Positions 12,438 to 24,527 are shown, numbered from the whole stretch's first letter. The stretch: 47,844 bases of DNA, filler included, from Sphacelaria rigidula (GCA_964200075.2; 2 parts of 2 records of this genome joined end to end with filler, not necessarily neighbours in it), one strand, 5' to 3'. The notes: a model not told the origin generated them from the letters alone. Program-made: numbers and translations.

Positions 12438-15400
12438 AGTACAGAGGCTACGTACTGCCCGTGCACCCGAAGACGTCGGTAAGATGAAAGCATACCCGCC
12501 GTCCACGGACTCCTCGGATTCCCTTAATCTTTGTTTTCGTGTCCTCGTTGGGTGGAGAACGACGTCTCGTGTATGATGTATTCCATTCCAAGAAATAACT
12601 CACCCCGATATTCATCATTTGATTTCTTCTCCACGCTGTTCTATTTTTTCGGCGCTTCGGTCGACTAACCCCGGTGTCAACTTGCAGACCTCGTGGAAGA
12701 AACGGCCTTTATTCCGCAGGCGGGAAGAGGGGGGGCAACCTAGCCACGATGGATTTTTCAGAACCGGCGCGGAGGCTGCCGACATGCTGTGAGTTTTTTT
12801 ATTCTGTTTTCGGACCGCATCCTACCCCGCACATTTTAGCATAGCCTTTCAGGTGTTTGAGCATAGCGGCGACACGCGTAGCGGTAACGGATGGCGCAAG
12901 CAATCCATTGTTATACCGGCATTACATGCATGCGACCTGTAGGCAACGAAAAAAAACGTTTTTGGTCGCGCCGAGTACAAAAAAAACGTTTTTTTCTTGT
13001 GTTTTTTAACGTGATGTGCAGTGAAGGCTCAGGCCGTCATCTTGCATCTACTTGTTTCTTGTTCCATTGCCGTCCTACGTTCTTGTGGTCATGATCCAGC
13101 CCTTGCCCAATCAATCCTCAGCTCTGAAAGTAATGGGCCCCGTACTTTCTCTTGCATAGTTGCGTGAAATGGCTTTTGAGAACATACTCTACTGCAAATA
13201 TTGTACATGTGTTTCGACACGCATCATACCTTGCAGGTATGCCGAGGCGGTTCGGCACGATCCTCACGACGGAATTTTCCTGGACACGGCAAAAGACGTT
13301 CTCGATGCCCTTGCTCCTGTCATCGACCGGTGGCCGCGTTACGCCTGGGTGGCCAAGCATCTCCTTGAACCAGAGCGCGTGAGTATGGAGTTTTACTCGA
13401 ATACTGGTCGGTAGCAGCGACCACGCTAAAGTCTAAAGTTTCGCGAAAAATTGACGTATTTACTTTATGAATGGTTTCACTTATTTCGGAGATCTGTGAG
13501 TGTTGACCCTTTGAACGCCCGGACCCGTGGTTAAACGGCTAACGCAGAGGTGTATGGGGTGGGGGCGGAGGAAGGGAGGGGGGAGCATTGACATGATTGT
13601 TCACGATGGAGAGACAACGCCTGAATAGAAAAGGCCGATGCCGTGTATATGCCGCACGTGAACGGTTGTGAGAGGTGAGCCGCGGCCAGCAGTAGATTCC
13701 CGTCTCGATACAGCGAGACAGCAGAAGTGACTGCGCCAGATGTGCGAGTTGCCACGTATGTACGAAGGGTTCGGCTGCAAAACATAGTCATGTGTGGCCA
13801 CAAAAGAAACGTGCGCCCTCCTTCCTCAACCGTGGGCCCAGGCTGTTCCACGCCCATGAGCCGCTACTTTGTTGGTTTGTAAGAGCCCTGCACAGCGTCC
13901 ATTTCCTAGTGGCAGTCATCTACTGTACACCTACGATAAATGTTCCCCAAAATTCTCGCGGAAGTGTCAACGGAGGCGATCTCTGAACAGAAGCGATGGG
14001 CGCCTAAAGGGTCAACTAAAGAGCGTGTTGCAAGCTGTTTCGAATAGGATCACTACAGTCGTTTTGTAAGGGTATGTCGAAACATGCGACAAGAAGTTGA
14101 CCAGACGCCTCACTTGTGCGGTGTGCAGGATTTTGCGATTGTGCTGCATTGTACTGTTGGTTGTTCTGCGGGCTCCCTTGGTCTCCTGCATCTGGTGTTA
14201 CCTTCGACTGAAACATGCTCGTTGCACCTGACTTGAATTGCAGGCCATGACTTTCCGCGTTGCTTGGCTGGACGATAAAGGAATCGTTCGCGTCAACCGC
14301 GGATACCGTTTCCAGTACTCGCGCTCCCTCGGCCCCTATGCGGTGAGAGGTCTCGAGCGTCGACGGTAAAGTTTTTTCGTGTGTTCTACTGAGTTGTCAG
14401 ATCTGACGTGCGATATCGTTTCCGTGTTGGAATCAAGCAATGAGTTAGCTGAGTAACTAGTACAGGCAGGGAAGGATTCATTGCATCAATTTTGGGGAGC
14501 ACTTCAGAGTCTACAAGCGTTTTTATAGGTATGCCCTCTTGTCCGTATGCGTACTGTCATCACGTGGTTCGCAATGCGCACGGCCTCCAATGCGCGTGGC
14601 TTTGTTTTGCGAATCTTCGTTGTTCCAGGGGCCTCTGCACTTCCACAAAGACCTGACGGCGGCGCACGTTAAGGCTCACGCGTTTGACCTGGTATTGAGC
14701 AACTCTCTGTCTGGCATTAAGGTTGGCGCCAGCGTCGGCGGGGCCGACTTCAACTCGCACGACAAGAGCGAGGCGGAGGTTCAGAGGTACGTATCGTCTC
14801 GGACATGGTCTTTGCGGTAATTGATGATGGCAGTTATGGCTTGCAGACCTGTTGGTTGGAGTTGTTGCATCACTTGCGCATGGTACAGGCGATGGTGATC
14901 ATGGCGGTGATGGGTGGAGACTATGATCATGGTTTATTCCTGTTGGATCACACGCACATGGTGATCGCAATGGGGCGCGTTTGCAGTTCATACCCGACAG
15001 TCGGTACTGTGATCGGAATTGTGGTGATGATGGACAGGATATCACGTGGCCACGATCATCGGGATGGCGACCGTATCACATGCGCACAGAGGGTAGCGGT
15101 GGAGATTAGCCGTCGATGATGAAAGTAAGAATACAAACCTAAGCGCCCTTCATTTCACCGTCCACATCGAGAAGTGATGGGTATCGGTATTTTTCCGCAA
15201 ACCCGCACTACTTCGACGATTGGCTTCCGTCAACTGCCAACCTATACAGCCTGTACTTCCCCTTCAAAGTTAGCTGACCAGAGCCAAAGCACTGCTTCAC
15301 ACCGCGGAAGACTCGACACCCGCGCATGGCGGCTTGTGAACTAAGGGAAAACATCGGACGTCTACCGTTCTCGCCTCGGTGCGACTTGACTTGCTTTTCT

Positions 15401-18400
15401 GTCATTACAGGTTTTGCCAGGCGTTCATGTCTGCCATGACCAAGCATATCGGACCGGAGATTGACTTCCCCTCCATGGGTTCATGCGTCGGTGGTCCGGA
15501 GATCGGATACCTCTACGGCCAGGTCAGAGTTGACTATGACCGTGGATCATGACTGGAGGGTTGGGATTACCGTATCAAGGGTATGGTTTCGGTGTTGGCC
15601 ACGAGACTCATGTGCCTCGTAGTACTAGATGCTCGCAAGACTCGATTAACGCGCCTGTATCGGTCACTGTTGTTGAAGCGCACCCCCTCCTTTCGAGCCT
15701 GGTCCGGCGAAAACCCGGCGTGCTCCGTCCCGGCTTTGTAGGGATGCGAGGTCAATGGTCTGATGACTATGGCATGCATGATCATGAGTACACCCCCCCC
15801 TTCACACCGCGGCATGTTGTTCAGTACAAGCGCATGAGCGTGGATGCGAGCCCGATAGGTCAGGGTCTCCTGTGGGGTGGCGCCGTGCCTCACCCGGAGT
15901 GCGCCGGCTACGGAGTGGTGTACTTTGCGGAGAAGGCTATGCGTGGCCGAGGAGAGTCCCTGAGGGGCAAGCGGTGCATCATTACGGGCAGCGGAAAGGT
16001 GGCGCTGTACGCTGCGGAGAAGCTGCTGGAGCTCGATGCTATCCCGGTTACGTTCAGCGACAGCAGCGGACACGTCTTCGAACCGAAGGTCAACACACTA
16101 AAATATCTTGACAACAGGTTGAATTTAGTGGTTACGTTGTCGTCGTGTTGACTGATACCGTTCCTTTTCACGTCCTTTGTTGCTGTACATGGTCGCAGAC
16201 AGTTTGCCCTGTTCGCCGACGTGAATGGTACTGGTTGATTGGATTAGTTCGGTGTCGCACGTCAACTGATCCCCTCCCCCGGGGATCCAGGGACCCAGAT
16301 GTGGTCACAAGTTTGACGTCCCCATGCTACACAGTGAACGAAATGGAAACACTACGTACTGTGAACCTATTCGAGCGAACATGCACCCTTTATGTGCTTG
16401 ACACTGGCGCGCAATTGGCAATATGTGAACACCCGTGGGTGTGCCTTCTACGGTGTTCCTTTACTTTTGTTTTCTCGGCGTGAAGCTGTAGTGTACTGTA
16501 CTGTAGTTGTTTGGTCATTCTTGGTCATTCATGAACCGTTTCAGCATGAAGCTTCAGGGCATTTGATGCCAGTCATCGTGTTTACAACGCACTGCACTGC
16601 TGAAGCACGCGCATGCTTGAACTTTTCCCCATCATCACCGTAGACTCACGGCTGGTGAAGCGGGGTTGTGAAATGCGGGAATCGTGACTGATATCTTGAC
16701 GCCATCCTTACATTGTCAACCGGTGGGTGCAGCTCTCCCATCGCTGATCAACGTTGTATTTCGCGGCGATAGGCCGTTCCGGGAACGCATGTCGCCGTTA
16801 AATCCGCCGAATCCGCCGCCACATGGGAAGAAATGTGGCGCGAGATACAACGTTGATCAGCGATTCCGGGATCGATTCCCCAGCCGAACCCAAGCGATGA
16901 ACAGTCTTTTGGAGCACCTCATCCTGCGCGGGCGCACGGTTTCTGCACGACGTTTACCTGTCATGAACACATGAAGTAAAAAAGCGCTGTCCAGCATAGG
17001 GGTGTATGTGCCGCAAGCAGACTCAATATGTGTCCTAGTTTTGTCCACTTGAAACCTTCACAATACGCCTCGCTTGTTCGTCGTCTAACCCGCGGTCACC
17101 CCCTCCCCAATTCCCGTTTGGCATGGTCAGGGCTTCGATGCGGAAAAGTTCAAGAAGGTCGTCAAGATCAAGGAGGAACGCGGCGCCAGAGTTGGCAGGT
17201 ATCTTCTCAATTTCTGCCACGCCCTCATAGCGTCAAATCCGCTACTTGGGTAGTACCGACGTCTGCCTTTCGTTGCCCACCTGTGTACTCGCTGGCATCA
17301 GTTTGTGCCCACATGTGCGTCCAGGATGAGGCTTGAAGGAAATGCTGCCTGCATCACCCTGGCCATGGCCCCAAGTGCCACGTGTTTGAGTTTTACTCTC
17401 ATAGTTCAAGGCTTGATAGTACGAGAAACAATACTCGTGTCGGCTTCCTTTCCTCTCCAAATCGATGTTTTTGATCGCAGTATCATCCATGTCATGCTTG
17501 TGCTATTTCTTTCAAAATACCCGCGGTCGAAAGATGTTCAGATTCTCGGGCAACCACCCACACCAGTCTTGATCCTCTGGTGCGGTGTACGCCACTGTTG
17601 TGGCGAACTGCAAGAAATACACGTACAGAAGCAATACAACAGAGTAGCGGGAACGACGAAGGGGGTAGCCAATTTAAAGGGAGGATAGAAATATGGACAG
17701 CATAGAAGTCAAAATAATGCTGAAGGCAATAAGAGGGAGGGAAGGCGAAAGACGAGAAAGAACACAACCAACAAGTCGAGACAAGTATCGGAATGTACAA
17801 GAACCAATGGAAAATGCCCATGTGACCAAGGGTCTGTCGAGAGAAACAAATCAGACGCGGAGCCCCCCTTCCCCCCCGTTCGAGAGGATAATTTTTCGAA
17901 AACTGTCATAATTTTGATGTTTTTTCTATTATTTTTGTTGATATTGTTGAAAACAAATAATCAACAAACTCTGGCAAAAACCGAAAAGTCTGGCGGGCTT
18001 CGCGAGGTTTGTATATTTGCTTCTGCTCCTTACCCGCCCTGTCCCGATGACCTCGGATGCCGGCAAAGCTCACACACATCTATGTACAATACACGAGCGC
18101 ACGGTAGCGGCAGCCTGTAGCCGAAGTAGCAACACTATCTCACGCCTCGCCAAATTTGGGCGGACTAGTGGTACGTAGTCGAGGCACACGACACGGAACA
18201 TGATCCCATAAATGTAATCATGGTGGGTAATGAGCTTGAAGGGGCGGTGTGTCCGTCATCTCAGGTCTCCGTGCAAAGGATCTCTGTACACGGCAGCTGA
18301 CCGCATCCGTCAACGCCTCGGCAAAACACTAGGGGATAGCAGGCTGGGTCCCCCCCCCCAAAAAAAAAAAAAACTCGAATTTTCGATTTTGGGGCCCACG

Positions 18401-21400
18401 TATCCCGAAATATTTTCTCGACAGACCCTTGATATGACGCGTACTGTGTGCACTCAGTGGATGGGAACAAGATCGGGGGTAGCAAAGTTCGGTACTGGTG
18501 CCGCTGATTTCCAGCATCACTGCACGAAATATATTTCTCGTCCACCCACCGTGTTTCGCGGCATATACCCTCACCCGTTGCCCATTGCTCCGCTTGATAT
18601 GTCATGCCATTTATGACTATCACCCAGGCGAAGTGGAACGGTCAGTCAAGTCTTGTTTGGGCTCGTCACCTCCCGTCGCAATATGTCGAGATTGAGCGAC
18701 TTGATAGTCGTCCCAATACACAGCCAAAGTAGTCGAACCACGCGTTTCGCGTCAACCACTTACACCGCGACCGCGACACCCCTCACTCCTACTCGTGTTT
18801 GACGCCAGATATCCCCCACTTCCATGTTTAATTTTTCTCTCTTGTTCTCTTCCCTCGTGTCAGATACATCGTCGCATCTCCTACCGCCAAGTACAACGAA
18901 CCAGCGTCCGTTTTCGACGCGCCTTGCGACGTGGCATTCCTGTGCGCTACCTCCGAGGAGCTCAAGCCGGAAGATGTGGAGAAGCTAGTGGCGGCTGGAT
19001 GCAAGACAGTCGTTGACGGCGCGTACCGCCCGGTGTCTACGGCTGCCGCGAAGGTGTGTGTGTGTGTGTGTGTGCGTGTGTGTGTGCGCGCGTGTGTGCC
19101 ATCTCATCTGCTCTGGACGCCAGTCTACACCTTCCGGTATATGTGGGCGCATCAGCCGGGATCTCACAGGTGGAAGATCAACACAGGAGTTTATTTTTTA
19201 TCTTGTTCTAGTACTCCACCTTCCTTCTGCAGTGCTTGTCTCCATATTTTTTCTCGAGAGAGATTCAGCGGTCCCTTTTACTCGTCAACCGTGAGATGGA
19301 ATTTCGTGTACCCACGACATATTCGCTCTTTTCTGTTGCCAAACGTGTGACGTCACCGAGATTCGAACCCACGACCCAATCATCAAAAGGTTTGCAGGTT
19401 ACCAACATAAGCCACCACGGCGAATGTGCGAGCCTGATTTTATTTCGTGCTGTATCGACATTGCAGCCACTTGAGTCGTACAGCCGGGCATTCATCTTAC
19501 ACTCGTGCTGTACTCACGTCACAGCCGCTTTTGATCCTTTGGCGCAGGTAGACCTTTTCATGGCCGTGCTTCTCTTGTTGTCCCTCTATCATGTTCGGTT
19601 CAAGGATTTCATACCAACGGACTGATGACATAGAAATCATGTGTTGTGCCACCGCCCTGTGCCGCAATCAGACGTTAAGCTGAACGCACGTATACCTTAA
19701 TATATATATATATATTATTTCATGCGGGTCCACAGCTTGCATTGCCCACTGGGACGATAGTTTGGTGGATCTAAAACCACACGTTTACCTCAGCTGGGTT
19801 AGGAAGCGTGTCTGCGACAGTGTTGGTGGTATAGTGATGGAGCTACAAAGCGACTCGCTGGCAAGACAGGAGTCAGGATGAAGCGGTGTGCGTCTCCCAT
19901 CGGTCAGAAAGGCTGACACGATGCTGGCGGATGATGTATCAAGTTATACACGCCACAAGCATGACACTCGTGGGGGTCGCTCGGTTACACCGGCCATTCA
20001 ATTTTCGGTGTTGGGTGAAACAACAGGTGGCCGTGGAGAGCGAAATAATACGTTATGTTATTGTGGTATTTGATATCAGAATCATACTGTTTCTGTTGGA
20101 GCAATATTTGAATTGGCCCTCATTTCTAGTCGTGAGGTCATATGACCCGAGTCACACCAAGAGGGGCTTGAAGAGTCGGGTGAAGGGAAAAGAACAGGAT
20201 GTTCTCCTGCGCACCCGTTTTATTCAACAAACATGGCAAACGAAACTGAAATGAACCCTTCACCTCCGTACGGCTGAAACGTTTATTACCGTTGGCACGG
20301 TATGTCTTGCCCTCAAGAAATACTGCTCAGATATCGGAACGGCTTTTTGAATGTGAAGACAACAACAACGACAACAACATGGAGTACCGCGTTGCGTTTG
20401 GCAGTTTGGATCCACCTTCCGTGTACCTTCGCTGTCCGTCAAGGGCTCGACCCAACCGTTGTGGTTTCATCGCATGATATCTTTACGCATCCGTTGCAGG
20501 CGCTAAAGAAAGCGGGGGTGTTCCACGTGCCTTACCGCGGCACTATGCTGGGCGCAGCCCTTGGCGGCGGGCGCCAGATGATCAAGAACCCCCTCCAGCC
20601 GGGGGAGACCATGGATGACCGCCTCGAGAGAAAGGTGCACAAATGCTCTTGGTGGCAGCTGTATGAATGAATTTAGTACGAGACCAACTCTTATGGAAGC
20701 CGTTAAAAAAGCAGTAAGAAGAAGAATTCAACGCCTTTTTTTGCCTGCTGCGCGTTTGAACGGGGACACGAGAAGCACTCTCATGGCTCTCATGGCATAA
20801 CATTGGAGTCGCATACATATAAGTTGGCGTGCCCTGGGAGTTGTGCACCTGTGCAACAGCACCCGAAGAAGACATAACGGCTGCCCAGCCATCACGTGAT
20901 TTTCGCAACTTTGCGTCGACAGCATTTTGCTCCCACGCCAATTCTGTACACACCGGACTCCAGGGGCAGTAGCGCAGCTCAGGCGATCTCCAGCGCAGAT
21001 CAAATCGTGTTCGTAGGATTCAAACGCAGTGCAGTACAGCGACAGCTACTGCATCGAAATGATGGTGTGGCCACGAAGCGTGTTTTCGGTTTTACATACG
21101 ACACAACGCATCCAATACACCGTAAAGATGAACGTTTTTGGCAGAGGCTCGACTTGTGTACCGACTGGGACACAACAACAGTACGACAGTGCACTCAATT
21201 CTCTCACCCCAGCGCAGATCAAACTGTCTTGGCAGGGTTCAGCCGCACCACACTACCGTGTCCAGTTACGGCACAGAAATGTGTGTCTGAGCACGAAGTG
21301 CCCTGTTCGTTGCGAGATACACAATCGACAAACACATGGCATCACCACCTTCGACAAAACAGCATTGCGTGCCGACTACAGTTTTATACAAAGCGGAACA

Positions 21401-22482
21401 CAATAGCACAGCTGCTCGGGCAATTCCAGCAGAGACCCAACACCTTTTGTAAGGTCCAACACACCACAGTACAGTGACAGCTGCAGCGCATGAGAGAGAC
21501 GTGACTGTGGGCTGTAGTACAGGTAAACATACAACGTCCCATATTCGAATTCTTCGCCTAATTTTGAACGGGTCCTCAAGCGTTCGAAACCGTCTCCCGT
21601 TTTTGAGCACCCGGCCGAGAGTTAGGACTCGTTTAAATTTTGGACATTGTTCCATCAAAGTGGTTTCAGTTATCAACCGTTCATAGCTTCAAATAAACAA
21701 ATTTTGAACGGCTCCCTTGAGAGTTGGTTTCAGACGTCATTATCAGCGTAAGTGTTGCATATCGATATTAGTGTAGTATCCTAGTGCTGCCCATAATACG
21801 AGACTGATCTCAGACTTCATCATCCGTTATGTGCTCATTGACAATCATCTCATCCTCATAAATGTTTGACCAACTTCCATGCGTGAGAAGGTATCCCCTG
21901 CAGTACTGTAGTCCCCATGAGCGATATAAAACCGTAATAGAATCATGACATTGTCATGCGGAAATATGCGACAAGGTCCGATCCACCCAACTATTTTGGA
22001 TCGTGTTTTGGCCAACAGTCGTGCCCACGTCGGTACGTTTTTCCGGTCCGATTTCGTCGCCGATCCCAACACATACCCTGTTTTTCTTCAAGTGAACAGG
22101 ATATCCTACGCTGTGCTGCACATCCTGGATAATACATGGCATTGTCAAAAATGTACTGCGTACGGTATGGAACCTACTATCTCTTGTAATATACGCAATA
22201 GTCGACTCTGTACGCAGTACAGTTTTCGACATGTTTTCTGTCGTCCAGGGCGTTCTGCGATGCGGTTTGCGGTCGTCTTGTGGTCGTTACGTCGGTGTTT
22301 CGAAGCCTCTCAAACTTCCTCTGTTCTTCGTTTTATTTTTTATTATTTAGATGGACGAGGTGTACGAGGTGTCGACGTCGATTGCTCGGGAATTCAACCT
22401 CCAAGGCAACCTGGACAAGGGGTGCGCCATCGCCGGCTTTCTGCGAGTGGGGCGGGCCATGATGGCGCACGGTGCCGTGTGA
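12438..22482 (+). CDS. NADP-glutamate dehydrogenase family (GdhA-like) protein, multi-exon, with non-canonical active-site residues; 5' exon(s) unresolved
   Basis: Exons: 12438-12478 (tentative), 12688-12788 (TSWKKRPLFRR...), 13237-13378 (...YAWVAKHLLEPER), 14244-14342 (AMTFRVAWLDDKGIVRVNRGYRFQYSRSLGPYA), 14629-14786 (GPLHFH...GGADFNSHDKSEAEVQR), 15411-15522 (FCQAFM...EIGYLYGQ), 15825-16088 (YKRM...GYGVVYF...ITGSGKVA...FSDSSG), 17131-17198, 18864-19053 (...PCDVAFLCAT...VVDGAYRP), 20500-20634, 22351-22482 (...IAGFLRVGRAMMAHGAV*). All introns are GT-AG with consistent phases and there are no internal stops. Confidence 0.93.
15683..15800 (-). mobile_element. Short G/C-run-bounded dispersed element, longest copy
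   Basis: Minus strand: (G)n-TGTACTCATGATCATGCATGCCATAGTCATCAGACCATTGACCTCGC...GGACCAGGCTCGAAAGGAGGGGG. Homologs at 22862, 23979, 24462, 25733 and 39626. Confidence 0.8.
17827..18431. mobile_element. Non-autonomous DNA transposon (P-element-like MITE)
   Basis: TIRs CAAGGGTCTGTCGAGA / TCTCGACAGACCCTTG; flanks ATGTGAC and ATATGAC form a 7-bp target-site duplication with one mismatch. Confidence 0.75.
19054..19424 (-). mobile_element. tRNA-headed SINE family 1, full-length copy
   Basis: Minus strand GGTGGCTTATGTTGG...GGTTCGAATC head, the shared family body, and an (AC)n tail abutting the GDH-like exon end at 19053. Confidence 0.85.
20915..21485. repeat. Degenerate tandem repeat, about 220-bp period, about 2.5-3 units
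   Basis: CCAGCGCAGATCAAA recurs at about 20990 and 21209, with a diverged third unit at about 21427 sharing CAGTACAG.GACAGCT. Confidence 0.55.
22123..22250. mobile_element. Diverged relative of the 951-1080 hairpin MITE
   Basis: TCCTGGA...GTCAAAAATGTACTGCGTAC...GTACGCAGTACA...GTCCAGGG; same size and motifs as 951-1080. Confidence 0.7.
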
Positions 22483-22861
22483 TGCAAGCCTGAAGACCAC
22501 CAACATACTCTTGGATTCGTCAGGCGTGGGTCTTCCCGTGTCTGGGATTATAGTCCCTCGAGGAGGCGTCTCGGGTTGAAACTTGGCGCGTGCTGTTTCA
22601 TTGTGCCGGTAGCTTCTCAACACGTGTAGAAAAGAAATTGACCGGAAAGCGTTGCTCTGCCAGGGGCGTTCGTGCGCTTCGCTTCTCTCCACAATTTTTG
22701 TGCGCGCCGTGTTGTTTGAGAGGTTGTGAAAGTTTCCTCGATAACTCGATGGTTGGCCTGTACATGTTTTTTTCGTGTTTTATTTTAGTTGTGAGATCGT
22801 CAATAGAGCAGGCACACGAAGGTTTGTGCGATGTTTGAACCGGTCTGGGTTGGGGCGGAAT

Positions 22862-22902
22862 GGGGCGGGAGGGTGTACTCATGATCATGCATGCCATAGT
22901 CT
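22862..22902 (+). repeat. Truncated G-run element copy
   Basis: GGGAGGGTGTACTCATGATCATGCATGCCATAGTC. Confidence 0.75.
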
Positions 22903-23225
22903 CTGGGACATGCTTCCACAGTACGTGGTGGTGGTGAAGAACACGCTGTCTGCATGACCCACGTAGGTTGGACTAGTAACGGTGGGAGTGACGGATGTAA
23001 TCCCACGGGGTGCTGTCACAGCCTGCTGTGCTCAAACTCTTCTCTTGCAGGTGCGCGTATATTTTAGAAGTGCTTCGTAGACACGTCGTGTGCATATTTA
23101 TTTCATATCGCTGCATGCCGATAGCTCGAGTGCTCGGTTCATGCATAGTGGTGGGAGGTATGCGTTCCCTGTGCAAATATGGTCGTTGCTTCGTGTTGCC
23201 GGGTGATGGACATGAGTCTCTGTGT

Positions 23226-23228
<3 letters not shown>

Positions 23229-23296
<68 letters not shown>
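23229..23296. repeat. (AC)34 microsatellite
   Basis: Pure AC run downstream of the GDH-like stop codon. Confidence 0.95.
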
Positions 23297-23298
<2 letters not shown>

Positions 23299-23878
23299 TG
23301 CCAGGGGTTACATCAAGAACAGTCCTCGAGCGTATTCTCAGCGGTGACACATGTTGGCTCGCTCAGTGCTGCAGACTACACGTCACCCCTTCAGTGTTTC
23401 GATACTTCGTGCCGTCAACTCAAAATCTCTTTGTTACCTAAATGGTCGTGTACATGCCTGTGGTATATGTTATGTCTGTAGGCTTCGCTTGATTCAGGAT
23501 TTGCTACCTCCCTGTTTTCGTAAATCGTCGAATCACGAGGATACCGCCAGCGTAATGTTGAGAAAGAGACGAGCCACTGGCGAACATGAGACGATGGAAA
23601 CGTTATTTTCGTGCGCCCCCGAGGGAGGCGCAGTGTGTACTGCCGAGCAAGACGGAAAAGTTGAACACATGCGCGAGATGTGTGGAGTAGCGGTGCACTG
23701 ACGCCGAGAAGTAACCTACCTTTGGAAGGTCTGATGAGGTGACTGCTCCCCCCTTGGTGTCTTCTCGAAAGTAAAATTGGCCCGCCGTTGAGACTTCACT
23801 ATTCTTTCACCCCCAATTTTCCCATTAACACCACATTGTGCGAATTGAGGTTTAACTCCGAGATGAGGTTCAAGCCTA

Positions 23879-23978
23879 NNNNNNNNNNNNNNNNNNNNNN
23901 NNNNNNNNNNNNNNNNNNNNNNTTAATTAATTAANNNNNNNNNNNNNNNNNNNNNNNNNNNNNNNNNNNNNNNNNNNN
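23879..23978. other. Assembly gap with artificial linker
   Basis: 44 N + TTAATTAATTAA (stops in all six frames) + 44 N, exactly 100 nt. Confidence 0.97.
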
Positions 23979-24062
23979 ATGCTATAGCCATAAGACCATT
24001 GACCTCGCATCTCTACAAAACCGGGACGGGGCACGCCGGGTTCTCGCCGGACCAGGCTCGCA
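23979..24062 (+). repeat. G-run element copy cut by the gap
   Basis: AGACCATTGACCTCGCATCTCTACAAAACCGGGACGGGGCACGCCGGGTTCTCGCCGGACCAGGCTCG matches the reverse complement of about 15694-15770. Confidence 0.8.
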
Positions 24063-24461
24063 CTCACCACGAAGCGCGAAGCGCCGAAGCGCCGTGGTGT
24101 AGACGGCGAGTCGCATGAAGGGTGGGCTGCATCCTGCCAAGATTTTTCGACCAAGAACGTACTGATTATCTTGTATTTGGATGACAGCCTACAATGAGTT
24201 GCTTTATTTTCTGGTATCGCTACAGCCACGGCTTATACACTGCCTCATGGGTGTCTCACCGTTTAAACACTACGCAGTACGATCATCCCCATCGTGCGGA
24301 GTTGAGGTTCTTCCACACCGCACAACATGATCTAGCTCGACTTCCAACCGCGGAAAAACGCAAGCGCGCAAAAACGCGGTAACCTGGTTGCCTAGCTTAC
24401 GCCTTGAGTGGCATGTTTGAGAGCGTCATCGCCAACCGACGCCAACCCCATCGGGCGTCCG

Positions 24462-24527
24462 CCCCTACAAAGCCGGGACGGAGCACGGCGGGTTCTCGGC
24501 GGACCAGGCTGATTTTGGGGGGAGGGG
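24462..24527 (+). repeat. G-run element partial copy
   Basis: CCCCTACAAAGCCGGGACGGAGCACGGCGGGTTCTCGGCGGACCAGGCT followed by a G-rich end. Confidence 0.75.

Noticed and set aside
15700-15775. Hammerhead ribozyme (GAAA ... CTGATGA) in the G-run element
   Set aside because: The stem II closing pair would be C-C, the stems do not form in the required order, and CTGANGA is lost in the 23979 copy.
12688-22482. Calling the GDH-like gene a pseudogene
   Set aside because: No stops or frameshifts across ten exons, and the substitutions concentrate at active-site positions.
23010-23481. HT- and VC-repeat ORFs
   Set aside because: Translations of the (AC)n microsatellite.
23879-23978. TTAATTAATTAA embedded in Ns as a biological motif
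   Set aside because: The symmetric 44N+12+44N layout is an artificial scaffold spacer; true distance and adjacency across it are unknown.
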